Shown piece by piece: positions 56,254-64,000 of a stretch of DNA of 64,000 nucleotides; the first letter of the stretch is position 1; the number at the start of each line of letters is the position of its first letter. A model generated the notes under the pieces. It was not told where the DNA came from. It worked only from the letters and a program-made list of their open reading frames with translations, and searched no databases. The stretch is from an uncultured Gemmatimonadales bacterium (lineage in GTDB: Bacteria > Gemmatimonadota > Gemmatimonadetes > Longimicrobiales > Gaopeijiaceae): NCBI GenBank assembly GCA_963809895.1, contig CAWELD010000003.1:1792001-1856000 (forward strand), in the 5' to 3' direction. The translations under genes and the position numbers were made by a program.

Positions 56254-59200
56254 TCAGCGACCTCTCGACGTCAGCTCGGCGATGCGCTCCCGCGCCCGCA
56301 CCTCCAGGGGGGCGGGCTCGTCGCCGGAAATGCGTGTGTCCACGAACCGCTGATAGAAGCCCAATGCCGAGGCGGTGTCGGCGAGGAGCTCGTGGGCTTC
56401 GCCTCGTCGGAACAGTGACAGGGCCTTGAGCGCCCATCCCAGATCCTGATCGCCAATACTCAGGGGGATGCTGTCGAGTCGGCTGAGGAGGCGAACCGCG
56501 AGATCCGCCTCCCTCACCTGAAGCGCGGCGTGGCCCAGGAGGTAGGAGCGCTCGGGCTCGGGGACCTCGGGAGCGGTGTCCGCCATCGCCGCCCGGATCC
56601 GTCCCGGCCGGTCACCTGCCGTGGGATCGATGGCGTCCCAGATCGGATCCTGAAGGTCGCCGTCCGCCGTCCACCGCCTCAGCTCGGCTGGGTCTTCCGC
56701 CAGCGCAGCGGCCAGTGAAGGCGCCTGGATGGACCGTAGCGTGGCAAGGGGCATGCGGCTGTCGGATGGAGCCGACAAGCGAGTCTCCATGTCGGCGAAC
56801 TGCGCCACGACCCGCTCCGTGGCGCCCATGGCGCCCAGGACGCCCAGACGTGCGAAGAGGGCGCCCGTGCCACCGTCGTCCATGAGACGATCCGTGGTCG
56901 GATCCTTCCAATAGGCGTTCCGGACCGTCACGAGCTCCAGCGCGTCGTCGGCCATGGCGAGATCGCCCGTGAACGACGGCACGTTCAACGCGGCCCGGGG
57001 AAGCGCGTCGTCGGGCCCGCGCCCGTCCAGGATGCCCCCCAGGATCTCGTGGGCCCGACCCGTCTGGCCCGTGGCGAGGAACAGGTTCGCCAGCTGTATT
57101 GCGTCATCCGGCATGGTGTCGGTCTGCAGCGCCAGGGCACGCTGGGCCTGATCCAGTGCAGCCTGGGCCAGGCTGTCCAGAACCTCGGGACGCTGGGGAA
57201 TGCTCAGAACCTCGCGCTGGCGCACCGTCCAGGTTGCGAGCTCGGCGTGGGGGCGCGGCTCGTCCGGGGCATACGCGGCCCAGCGACGGAGCGTGCGGAG
57301 CGATCGGTCGAGAAGCCGCCGGGCGCCGTCCTGGAGCTCCGCGTCGTTGGCCCCGAGAAGGCTCCCCTCGTCCATCCACACGAGTGAATCGGTGTAGACG
57401 ACGCCGAACGCCTCGAGAGAGCTCGGATCCGTCCGGGACTCCCATACGGGAACGAGCTCGTTGCGAGGACGCTCGAAGCCCTGCCGGAAGGTGCGCGCCG
57501 AGAGCGCCAGCTCGGTGATATCGAAGAGGTGCCCATACCCCAGATGGAACCCGGGATTGAGGCGCGTGGTCTCGGTAAAGTCCCGGACCGCCGCGTTGGG
57601 ATCCCCCCGGGGGCGCAGCGATCCGTCGGGTCCTTCGGTGAGCCAGGGATCCTGGAACTCGACGATCCCCGCCAGCAGCCACGCATAGACGTCGGTGGAG
57701 TCCCGGGCGATGAGGTCGGCGTACTGCTCCCGAGCCACCTCGTAATCCCCCTCGAGGAAGCGATTGAATGCCAGCACGTGCTCGCGCTCCCGGATCGACA
57801 GGTCGTCGGAATGCCGCAGCGCCGCACGAGAGAGCCGTACGGCTTCCGGCCCCAACTGCGAGAGACCCCGGGTGGCGTCCGCACCCTCCCAGTACAGGAC
57901 CACGGCGAGGTAGTGGTGCGCCATGGCGAAGGTCGAATCCAGGGCCACGGCCTGGCGGAAGGCCCGCTCCGCGTCCGGCAGACGCCAGCGGCCCATGAGG
58001 TCCAGCCCCTCGCCGTAGCGCTGGAGCGCCAGCGGGTTGGAGGAGCGCCGCCGCAGGTTCTCCACCTCGTCGACGGAGCCCGTGAGCCCCAGCACGCCCT
58101 GCACGATCGCGGCGGCGACCTGGAAGGGATCATGCCTCGGACCCTGGGATTCCAGCGGTTGCCCCACCTGGCGCTGGGCCCGGACGTCGAAGCGGGTGGC
58201 GGACACGAACACCGAATCCCCCCGCACCCGGGCGTTCAGGGCGATCATGGTCTCCACCCCCAGAGCGCGTGCGGTACTCAGGCCGTCGTCGAGGCGCTCC
58301 AGGGCCGGGCCGCGCACGCCCAGGTCGAAGGTCACGCCGGCCAGCGCCACCTGCGGGACCGCGCGGATGGAGTCCCAGCGGTTGAGCTGGCGCGTGAGCT
58401 CGTCGGCCAGGTCCACCACGGTGCGCACCTCGTCGGGCGTCTGGGTGGCGTCGCGGAAGGGAAGCACCACCACCGAGCCGGCACGATCCGTGAGATCCGC
58501 GGCTGCGCCTCTCCACGGAGGCTGGAGCACCAGCACGGCTGCCACGCCGAGCAACGCCACCGCCGTGATCCCCGCCCAGGTGCGCCGACGCTCGTGCCCG
58601 GCCCCACCCAGCGCGGCGCCGAGCTCGGCGGCGTCCTGGAATCGTTGGGCGGGATCGGGGGCCAGCGCCCGCTCCACCGCGTGGGCGACCTGCGACGGTA
58701 CGCCGCGGCGCACCCCGGTCACCGTCGGCACGGTGCCCATGACCCGGCCCGCCAGCACGTTGCTGCGGAAGGGCCGCTTGCCCGTGAGCATCTCGAAGAG
58801 GACGCAGCCCAGCGAGTAGACGTCGGACCTCGCGTCGATGTGGTCCTCGCCCAGGATCTGCTCCGGGCTCATGTAGGCGGGGGTGCCGATGGCGATGCCC
58901 TCGCCCGTCAGCGTCACATGGGTGTCCACCGCGGCCCGGGCCACACCGAAGTCCGCCAGCAGGGCATTGTCACCCGCCAGCAGGATGTTGCCGGGCTTCA
59001 CGTCGCGGTGGACGATGTCCCGGTCGTGGGCATAGCTCAGCGCCTCGGCCACCTCGCGGGCGATCTTCACCGCGCGCGCCACCGGAAGCTGACCCTCACG
59101 GTCGAGGAGATCCTGGAGGCTCTCCCCGTCTACCAGCGCCATGACGTAGTAGAGGAGTCCGTCCGCCTCGCCCGAGTCGAAGAGGGGGACGATGTGCGGG

Positions 59201-59445
59201 TGGGTCAGTCCAGCCGCGATGTGGATCTCACGGAGGAAGCGCTGGCTTCCGACGCTGGCGCTGAATTCCGGACGCAGGACCTTGAGCGCGACGCGCCGGT
59301 CGTGCTTGCGGTCCAGGGCGGCAAAGACGGTGCCCGTTCCTCCCGACCCCAGCACCTGCTCCAACGCGTACCGATCTCCCAGGGCAGCCTGGAGTCGGCT
59401 GCGGAGACGATCCATCTCCGAGCCTGCCCATGAATCCGCGGCCAT
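56254..59445 (-). CDS. Ser/Thr protein kinase with TM, TolB-N-like domain and TPR-like region (start 59445 or 59415)
   Basis: GSGGTGTVF, VALKVL, HRDVKPGN, DFG, GTPAYMSPEQ; SVVVLPF motif after the TM helix. Confidence 0.93.
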   Translation of the reverse strand: MAADSWAGSEMDRLRSRLQAALGDRYALEQVLGSGGTGTVFAALDRKHDRRVALKVLRPEFSASVGSQRFLREIHIAAGLTHPHIVPLFDSGEADGLLYYVMALVDGESLQDLLDREGQLPVARAVKIAREVAEALSYAHDRDIVHRDVKPGNILLAGDNALLADFGVARAAVDTHVTLTGEGIAIGTPAYMSPEQILGEDHIDARSDVYSLGCVLFEMLTGKRPFRSNVLAGRVMGTVPTVTGVRRGVPSQVAHAVERALAPDPAQRFQDAAELGAALGGAGHERRRTWAGITAVALLGVAAVLVLQPPWRGAAADLTDRAGSVVVLPFRDATQTPDEVRTVVDLADELTRQLNRWDSIRAVPQVALAGVTFDLGVRGPALERLDDGLSTARALGVETMIALNARVRGDSVFVSATRFDVRAQRQVGQPLESQGPRHDPFQVAAAIVQGVLGLTGSVDEVENLRRRSSNPLALQRYGEGLDLMGRWRLPDAERAFRQAVALDSTFAMAHHYLAVVLYWEGADATRGLSQLGPEAVRLSRAALRHSDDLSIREREHVLAFNRFLEGDYEVAREQYADLIARDSTDVYAWLLAGIVEFQDPWLTEGPDGSLRPRGDPNAAVRDFTETTRLNPGFHLGYGHLFDITELALSARTFRQGFERPRNELVPVWESRTDPSSLEAFGVVYTDSLVWMDEGSLLGANDAELQDGARRLLDRSLRTLRRWAAYAPDEPRPHAELATWTVRQREVLSIPQRPEVLDSLAQAALDQAQRALALQTDTMPDDAIQLANLFLATGQTGRAHEILGGILDGRGPDDALPRAALNVPSFTGDLAMADDALELVTVRNAYWKDPTTDRLMDDGGTGALFARLGVLGAMGATERVVAQFADMETRLSAPSDSRMPLATLRSIQAPSLAAALAEDPAELRRWTADGDLQDPIWDAIDPTAGDRPGRIRAAMADTAPEVPEPERSYLLGHAALQVREADLAVRLLSRLDSIPLSIGDQDLGWALKALSLFRRGEAHELLADTASALGFYQRFVDTRISGDEPAPLEVRARERIAELTSRGR

Positions 59446-59600
59446 GGCCTGCTCGCTGCTGGGGGGGGCACCGGGAGGGATGCGAGGAAGAACCGGCACC
59501 CTGCCCGGCCACGTAGCGGCAAGCTAGGACGGGACTTCGGCTAACTGCAAGCAGAAAGTCCGCAGGATGGACACGCCGGAGCGGCCTGAGCCGACACTCG

Positions 59601-59640
59601 TTGACATACCTAGAGCTGCAATGCATGATGGTGCTATGCA
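59601..59640 (+). promoter_or_regulatory. Sigma70 promoter overlapped by putative PadR boxes
   Basis: TTGACA-N17-CATGAT; TAG-AGCTG-CAA and GCATGA-TGGTG-CTATGC. Confidence 0.55.
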
Positions 59641-59681
59641 ACCTGCACCCGAGTCCCCTGTGACGTGCGACGCGTGATGTG

Positions 59682-60068
59682 ATGGAGATCAACAAGGATC
59701 TGATCGCCGCGTCCTCGACCCCGCTGGTGTTGGCGATCCTGGCCGTCGAAGACAGTTACGGGTATGCCATCCTGCAGCGGGTGCGGGAGCTCTCGGGCGG
59801 GCACATGGAGTGGACCGACGGGATGCTCTACCCGGTCCTGCACCGCCTCGAGCGGCTCGGCTACATCGAGGCGCGCTGGGAGGTGGCGGATACCGGACGC
59901 CGCCGGAAGTACTACCGGATCACGGCCGGGGGGGAGGCTCAGCTCGCCCACGAACGCGAGCAGTGGCAAGCGGTGGACGCCACGCTCCGGGGCATCTGGA
60001 CCCAACTCCTGGCCGCCATTTCCAGCCGCCATCCGCGGTTCCCTCAACCGCGTCCACAGGGGGCTTGA
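59682..60068 (+). CDS. PadR family regulator
   Basis: KDLIAASSTPLVLAIL…YGYAI…WTDGMLYPVLHRLE…RRRKYY. Confidence 0.93.
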   Translation: MEINKDLIAASSTPLVLAILAVEDSYGYAILQRVRELSGGHMEWTDGMLYPVLHRLERLGYIEARWEVADTGRRRKYYRITAGGEAQLAHEREQWQAVDATLRGIWTQLLAAISSRHPRFPQPRPQGA

Positions 60069-60071
60069 ACC

Positions 60072-61469
60072 ATGTCGTCGTCGGATCATCAGGATCGGCT
60101 CGAGGAGCAGATCGAGCAGTGGCGGGCGTACCTCTCGCGCCGGCAGGCGATTCACGCCGTCGACGTGGCGGAGCTGGAGGACCACCTGCGGGAGCAGATC
60201 GGGGCGTTGACCGAAGCCGGACTCGCGCCGGACGAAGCCTTCCTGGTCGCCGTCAAGCGCATGGGCGCGCTGGACGAGCTGTCGCGCGAGTTCGCGCGCG
60301 AGCATTCGGAGCGGCTCTGGAAGCAGCTCGTGGTCTCGTCGCCCGATGACTCGGCAGCGCGCCAGGCCGTGCCCACCGACGCCATCGTCGCCGTGTGTCT
60401 CGCGGTGGCGGCGGCGGTGACCATCAAGATCCCGGCGCTGTTCGGGCTCGCGCTGGGTCCCGACGCCGGGTTCTACTTCCGCAACGCGAGCCTGTTCGTG
60501 CTGCCGCTGCTGACCGGCTATTTCGTCTGGAAGCGGGGACTCGGCGGTAGCCGGCTGCGCTGGCTGGCCGTGGCGTTCGTGGCGGCCACCGTCTTCGCCA
60601 ACGTCTATCCCTTCCAGGCCAACGTGCCCGGGTCCGCGACGCACGATCCTGGCAACACCGAGCTGCTCACCGGGCTCCACCTGCCCATCGCGCTCTGGAT
60701 CCTGGTGGGGATCGCCTACGCCGGAGGCCGCTGGGGTCGGGTGGAGGGCCGCATGGACTTCATCCGCTTCTCGGGCGAGCTCTTCATCTACTACGTGCTC
60801 ATCGCCCTGGGCGGCGGCGTCCTCACCGGCTTCATGGCGATGATCTTCCAGTCCATCGGGGTCGACATCGAGGTCTTCTTCCAGTCGTGGCTGCTGCCGT
60901 GTGGCGCGACCGGCGCCGTCCTGATCGCGTCCTGGCTGGTGGAGGCCAAGCAGAGCGTCATCGAGAACATGGCGCCCGTGCTCACCCGCCTCTTCACTCC
61001 GCTGTTCGCCGCGGTGCTCGTGACGTTTCTGGCGACCGTGGTGTGGACCGGCCGGGGCGTGGACATCGACCGCGACGTGCTGATCGCCTTCGATCTGTTG
61101 CTCGTGGTGGTCCTGGGCCTGGTGCTCTATTCGCTGTCGGCCCGCGATCCCCGCTCGGCGCCCGGCATGTTCGACGTGCTCCAGATCGTGCTGCTGGGAA
61201 GCGCGCTGCTGGCCGACGCGGTGGCACTATGGGCCATCGCCGCGCGCATCACCGAGTTCGGCTTCACGCCCAATCGCGTGGCGGCGCTGGGCGAGAACAT
61301 GGTGCTGCTGGTGAACCTGGCCTGGTCCGCCGTGCTCTACGTCCGCTTCATGCGCGGACGTGGCACCTTCGAAGCGCTGGAGCGCTGGCAGACCAACTAC
61401 CTGCCGGTCTACGCCGCGTGGGCGGCGATCGTCGTGATCGCCTTCCCGCCCCTGTTCGGGTATGTGTGA
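60072..61469 (+). CDS. Permease-prefix-domain membrane protein (DUF4153-like)
   Basis: ELEDHLREQI…EAFLVAVKRMG prefix; about 12 TM segments; GFTPNR motif. Confidence 0.88.
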   Translation: MSSSDHQDRLEEQIEQWRAYLSRRQAIHAVDVAELEDHLREQIGALTEAGLAPDEAFLVAVKRMGALDELSREFAREHSERLWKQLVVSSPDDSAARQAVPTDAIVAVCLAVAAAVTIKIPALFGLALGPDAGFYFRNASLFVLPLLTGYFVWKRGLGGSRLRWLAVAFVAATVFANVYPFQANVPGSATHDPGNTELLTGLHLPIALWILVGIAYAGGRWGRVEGRMDFIRFSGELFIYYVLIALGGGVLTGFMAMIFQSIGVDIEVFFQSWLLPCGATGAVLIASWLVEAKQSVIENMAPVLTRLFTPLFAAVLVTFLATVVWTGRGVDIDRDVLIAFDLLLVVVLGLVLYSLSARDPRSAPGMFDVLQIVLLGSALLADAVALWAIAARITEFGFTPNRVAALGENMVLLVNLAWSAVLYVRFMRGRGTFEALERWQTNYLPVYAAWAAIVVIAFPPLFGYV

Positions 61470-61492
61470 GCGGAGGGCCCGCGGCGTCCGCC

Positions 61493-61860
61493 TCAGGCGT
61501 CCGGTGCGGAGAGTGCGTTCAGGTCCCCGCCGGCTTCGAGCTCCTTGCGAGCCGCCCGGCGGGCGCTCGCGACCACGCCGAGCCCCAGCGCTCCGCCCCC
61601 TGTCGCGGCGGTGGCGATGAGGCGGAGCACTCCCGGGCTTCACCGCCGGTGATGGCGAGCAGCACGCCCACGACCAGGAGCGACGCTACGGCGCCACCGA
61701 TGGCGCCCCAGGCGCCGGCCCGCCACAGCGAGAGGTCGGCCACCGAATTGCCCGACTCGAGAACCGCCAACGCGCCGGCCAGCACCGACGTCGTGACAGC
61801 GCCAAGGCTTCCGTGGAGGGCAGACACCCCCAGTTCCCGGCCTGCCTCGAGGCCGGTCAA
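61493..61860 (-). pseudogene. Small membrane protein, frameshifted at ~61632-61637 and probably 5'-truncated
   Basis: DLSLWRAGAWGAIGG… continues after a one-base shift as GVLRLIATAATGGGALGLGVVASARRAARKELEAG…*. Confidence 0.55.
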
Positions 61861-61886
61861 GTCGGCATCGCGCGAAGCTGAACGGG

Positions 61887-62026
61887 CGCGGTGCTGGATT
61901 CGCCGGTCTCCCGCCGGTCAATCCAGCGAACTGGCGCTCGGCGTCGGCTCGCATTCTGGCTTTGCAGGCCATGGGGCGGTCAACCCAGCACCGCGGCCTG
62001 GACCGCCCCCGGAATGCTGGATTCGC
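61887..62026. repeat. Degenerate tandem palindromic repeats, 61-62 bp period
   Basis: TGCTGGATTCGC at 61892 and 62015 with TTCTGGCTTTGC at 61954; CGGTCAA(T/C)CCAGC at 61915 and 61977. Confidence 0.65.
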
Positions 62027-62094
62027 GGGCCCGGCTCCGGCGCTCGCGCGGGTACGGCCCTGCCGCCCCCATCGCACCCGCAGGCCGCCCCCCC

Positions 62095-62529
62095 TCAACC
62101 CGGAAGTGGGTTCCGTACGGTGAGCGCCGGAAAGCGTGAGAAGTCCCGATCGGCGCTCCAGAGCTCCCGCACGCCGTGGTACAGGCACAGCGCCGCGATA
62201 CGCCCGTCGTGCACCTTCGCGCCGGACACCCTGCCCGACTTCAGGACGTCCGCGAGCCGATCGGTGTAGCCCGACCCTCCGGCCAGGAGAGCGAGGGTGG
62301 GGGATTCCATCCAGGCCGCGACCTGATCGATGGCAGCCTCGGTCGTTGTCGGGGGGTCGTAGATCCCGGGGTGGGTCGCGATCGCCAGGAACTCGTGGAT
62401 GCAGGGCCACGGGATCGCCCACCGCTCCGTACCCTCTGCCAGCTCCCGGAGAACCTCGGCGGCCGCCTCGTGCCACCCTGCGTCCCGCCGGTGCGCATAC
62501 ACCAGGAGGTTCGTGTCGACGGTGATCAC
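62095..62529 (-). CDS. vapC: VapC family PIN ribonuclease toxin
   Basis: VDTNLLVYAH, WPCIHEF, VHDGRIAA, SADRDFSRF. Confidence 0.92.
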   Translation of the reverse strand: MITVDTNLLVYAHRRDAGWHEAAAEVLRELAEGTERWAIPWPCIHEFLAIATHPGIYDPPTTTEAAIDQVAAWMESPTLALLAGGSGYTDRLADVLKSGRVSGAKVHDGRIAALCLYHGVRELWSADRDFSRFPALTVRNPLPG

Positions 62530-62783
62530 CCGCCGCGCCCCTCGTAGACCAACTCGGTCATGCGCTCCCAGCCACCTTCCCGCACGTCCGGCCGAAGACC
62601 GCGCCCATCCACGCTGGCATCCCGTAGCGTGAATCTCTCCTTCTCCGCCGCCTCATCCAGGACATCGCGGAGTCCCGCTTCGACGAGGGCACGCAGAGTC
62701 GTTCCCGTGGCCTGCGCATGTTCCTTCGCGGCCGTCAGGAGGGCGCCGGACGCCGCTCCCAATTCCAAGAATGCGGCACCCAC
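62526..62783 (-). CDS. VapB/DUF2191-type antitoxin apparently missing its N-terminal RHH strand
   Basis: ALLTAAKEHA…TTLRALVEAGLR…FTLRDASV…LVYEGRGG; the expected M(K/R)TTxxI start is absent. Confidence 0.7.
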   Translation of the reverse strand: MGAAFLELGAASGALLTAAKEHAQATGTTLRALVEAGLRDVLDEAAEKERFTLRDASVDGRGLRPDVREGGWERMTELVYEGRGG

Positions 62784-62859
62784 CAGCCGCCGCTTCCGAC
62801 CCGCCGCGTGGAGCCGCGGAGGTCAGGCTTCGACGCATCCCGCCGACGGAGCAGGTCCG

Positions 62860-63000
62860 ATGATCCACGCACGTTTCCGGTTCCTCCTCGCCGCCGCCCT
62901 GGCGCTGCTGGTGATCGGCTGCGGACCAGGTGCCGACGCCACGCCCGACGCCGACGCCACGCGCTTCACGCTTTGCCTGCGAGCCCCTCGGCCCCAATAG
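62860..63000 (+). pseudogene. 5' remnant of a lipoprotein gene (signal peptide only)
   Basis: MIHARFRFLLAAALALLVIGC lipobox, followed by only ~25 residues and a stop. Confidence 0.5.
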
Positions 63001-63001
63001 T

Positions 63002-63979
63002 ATGGAGGTCGAGTATGTGGCCGCCCAGTCTTCGACTCCGGAGGGCGTGGACGCGATGGACGTGTTTCGATACCGGGCCGTGATCGACTTCGACGTGCGC
63101 GTGCGTCCGCTGAGCCGATCCTACCTGGAGCGTCGCGAGGCGGCGCGAATCCAGAAGCGGGTCGCGGCAGGATGGCTTCCGCACATGTTCGACGTTCCGT
63201 CCGAGAGGGAGCTCCTGCCCCTGCAGGCGTTGCTCGGGGCAATCCTCGAATCCCCGGAAACCCTGGACCGTTGGGTGGTATCCCGGGCCATCGGGAGTCT
63301 CTGGGGCGGCTTCGCCCTGGACGGTGAGGCGTTCGACAGGGATCCCTACGAGCTCCTCCCGCCGCTGGCCGCGCAGATTTCCGACCTGGCCAGCCACAGA
63401 ATCGCGAAGGCACTCGCGACCACGGCCTGCGATCCCGCGGTGGATGAGTTCTGGTGGGGATTCGAGTCCGCCCCGGTGGAGTTGCGGGTCTCCTCGATTC
63501 CGGGGCCAGACGGGCTACTGACACCGAGCGCCGATGTCCTCTACGGTCGCCGGGTGCGGGCGGTTGCCCTGGTGGAGGTGAGGCCCAACGAGATCTCGCT
63601 GGCTCGCGCTTTGGAGCGTCACGCCTCCCGCCGGCTGAAGTACTTCGATGCTCTGGAGGACCCATTCCCCTTGCCGTCGGAAGCCGACATCTGGCTGGCA
63701 CAGCAACTTCAGGCGGCCGTGCTCCGCTCACCGGAGCTCCGCCACCGCCTGTTCACGATCAACGTCCTGAATGCGATTCGTGACAGCGGGGTGGCGGGGA
63801 TGGGCCCCCCACCCGCCGAGTTGCACGAGTTGCTCCCCCTGGTGCACGCCATCGAGCCCCACATGCGCCGCGCCCTCCCCCTGCATGACGAGCTGAAGTT
63901 GGAGGACGCGCTGTGGCGCGTGGTGGAGTGCTTCGAGGATGAGACGGGGTCCGTGGCGATCCTGGACGACCTGAGGTGA
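63002..63979 (+). CDS. Hypothetical protein with an internal duplication (start 63002/63017/63056)
   Basis: Long ORF with a GGAGG SD; two homologous halves. Confidence 0.75.
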   Translation: MEVEYVAAQSSTPEGVDAMDVFRYRAVIDFDVRVRPLSRSYLERREAARIQKRVAAGWLPHMFDVPSERELLPLQALLGAILESPETLDRWVVSRAIGSLWGGFALDGEAFDRDPYELLPPLAAQISDLASHRIAKALATTACDPAVDEFWWGFESAPVELRVSSIPGPDGLLTPSADVLYGRRVRAVALVEVRPNEISLARALERHASRRLKYFDALEDPFPLPSEADIWLAQQLQAAVLRSPELRHRLFTINVLNAIRDSGVAGMGPPPAELHELLPLVHAIEPHMRRALPLHDELKLEDALWRVVECFEDETGSVAILDDLR

Positions 63980-64000
63980 AGCGAGGGGTCTGGTGCCGCA

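Noticed and set aside
89..63783. Most long ORFs in the six-frame track (e.g. 2532-4205, 5920-7998, 10961-13435, 14887-17556, 37655-39898, 48131-50533, 57529-59433)
   Set aside because: Antisense or off-frame shadows of recognisable genes, with the Arg/Pro/Gly/Ala-rich composition typical of high-GC DNA.
1..64000. Prophage, IS element, integron, tRNA or rRNA
   Set aside because: No integrase, transposase, phage structural gene, attC-like array or RNA-gene signature was recognised by eye; a covariance-model scan was not possible.

Overview
Very GC-rich bacterial DNA (roughly 70% GC by eye). The gene content (PadR + orphan ADOP permease pairs, Ser/Thr kinase-TPR proteins, TIGR02999-type ECF, many lipoproteins) points to Gemmatimonadota or a similar lineage; this is inference, with no marker gene in the window. 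About 55 real CDSs can be read among many shadow ORFs. They include three PadR-ADOP pairs and a PadR + 'permease prefix' membrane-protein pair, a GT2/methyltransferase/GT-C glycosylation locus, an ECF + Ser/Thr kinase pair, a sigma54 activator with a degenerate receiver, cydAB, an ECF41-CMD module, a DUF6623-hydrolase-DUF6623 operon, two VapBC-type TA loci, an atypical type IA topoisomerase, MATE, an S9 peptidase and a metallophosphoesterase. I saw no rRNA, tRNA, cas gene, transposase or integrase. The most notable observations are: (1) several genes whose best Shine-Dalgarno points to an in-frame ATC or ATA start; (2) an uncharacterised operon with a large hydrolase between two DUF6623-like paralogs; (3) a pseudo-receiver sigma54 activator cluster with TPR and lipoprotein genes, an ECF/kinase pair and nearby sigma54 promoters; (4) two intergenic arrays of palindromic repeats with a 61-62 bp period; (5) an RHH-VapC-DUF2332 three-gene operon. 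There are also several gene remnants and four single-base frameshifts in short G/C runs, probably long-read errors. Family names come from motif recognition by eye, not from database searches.
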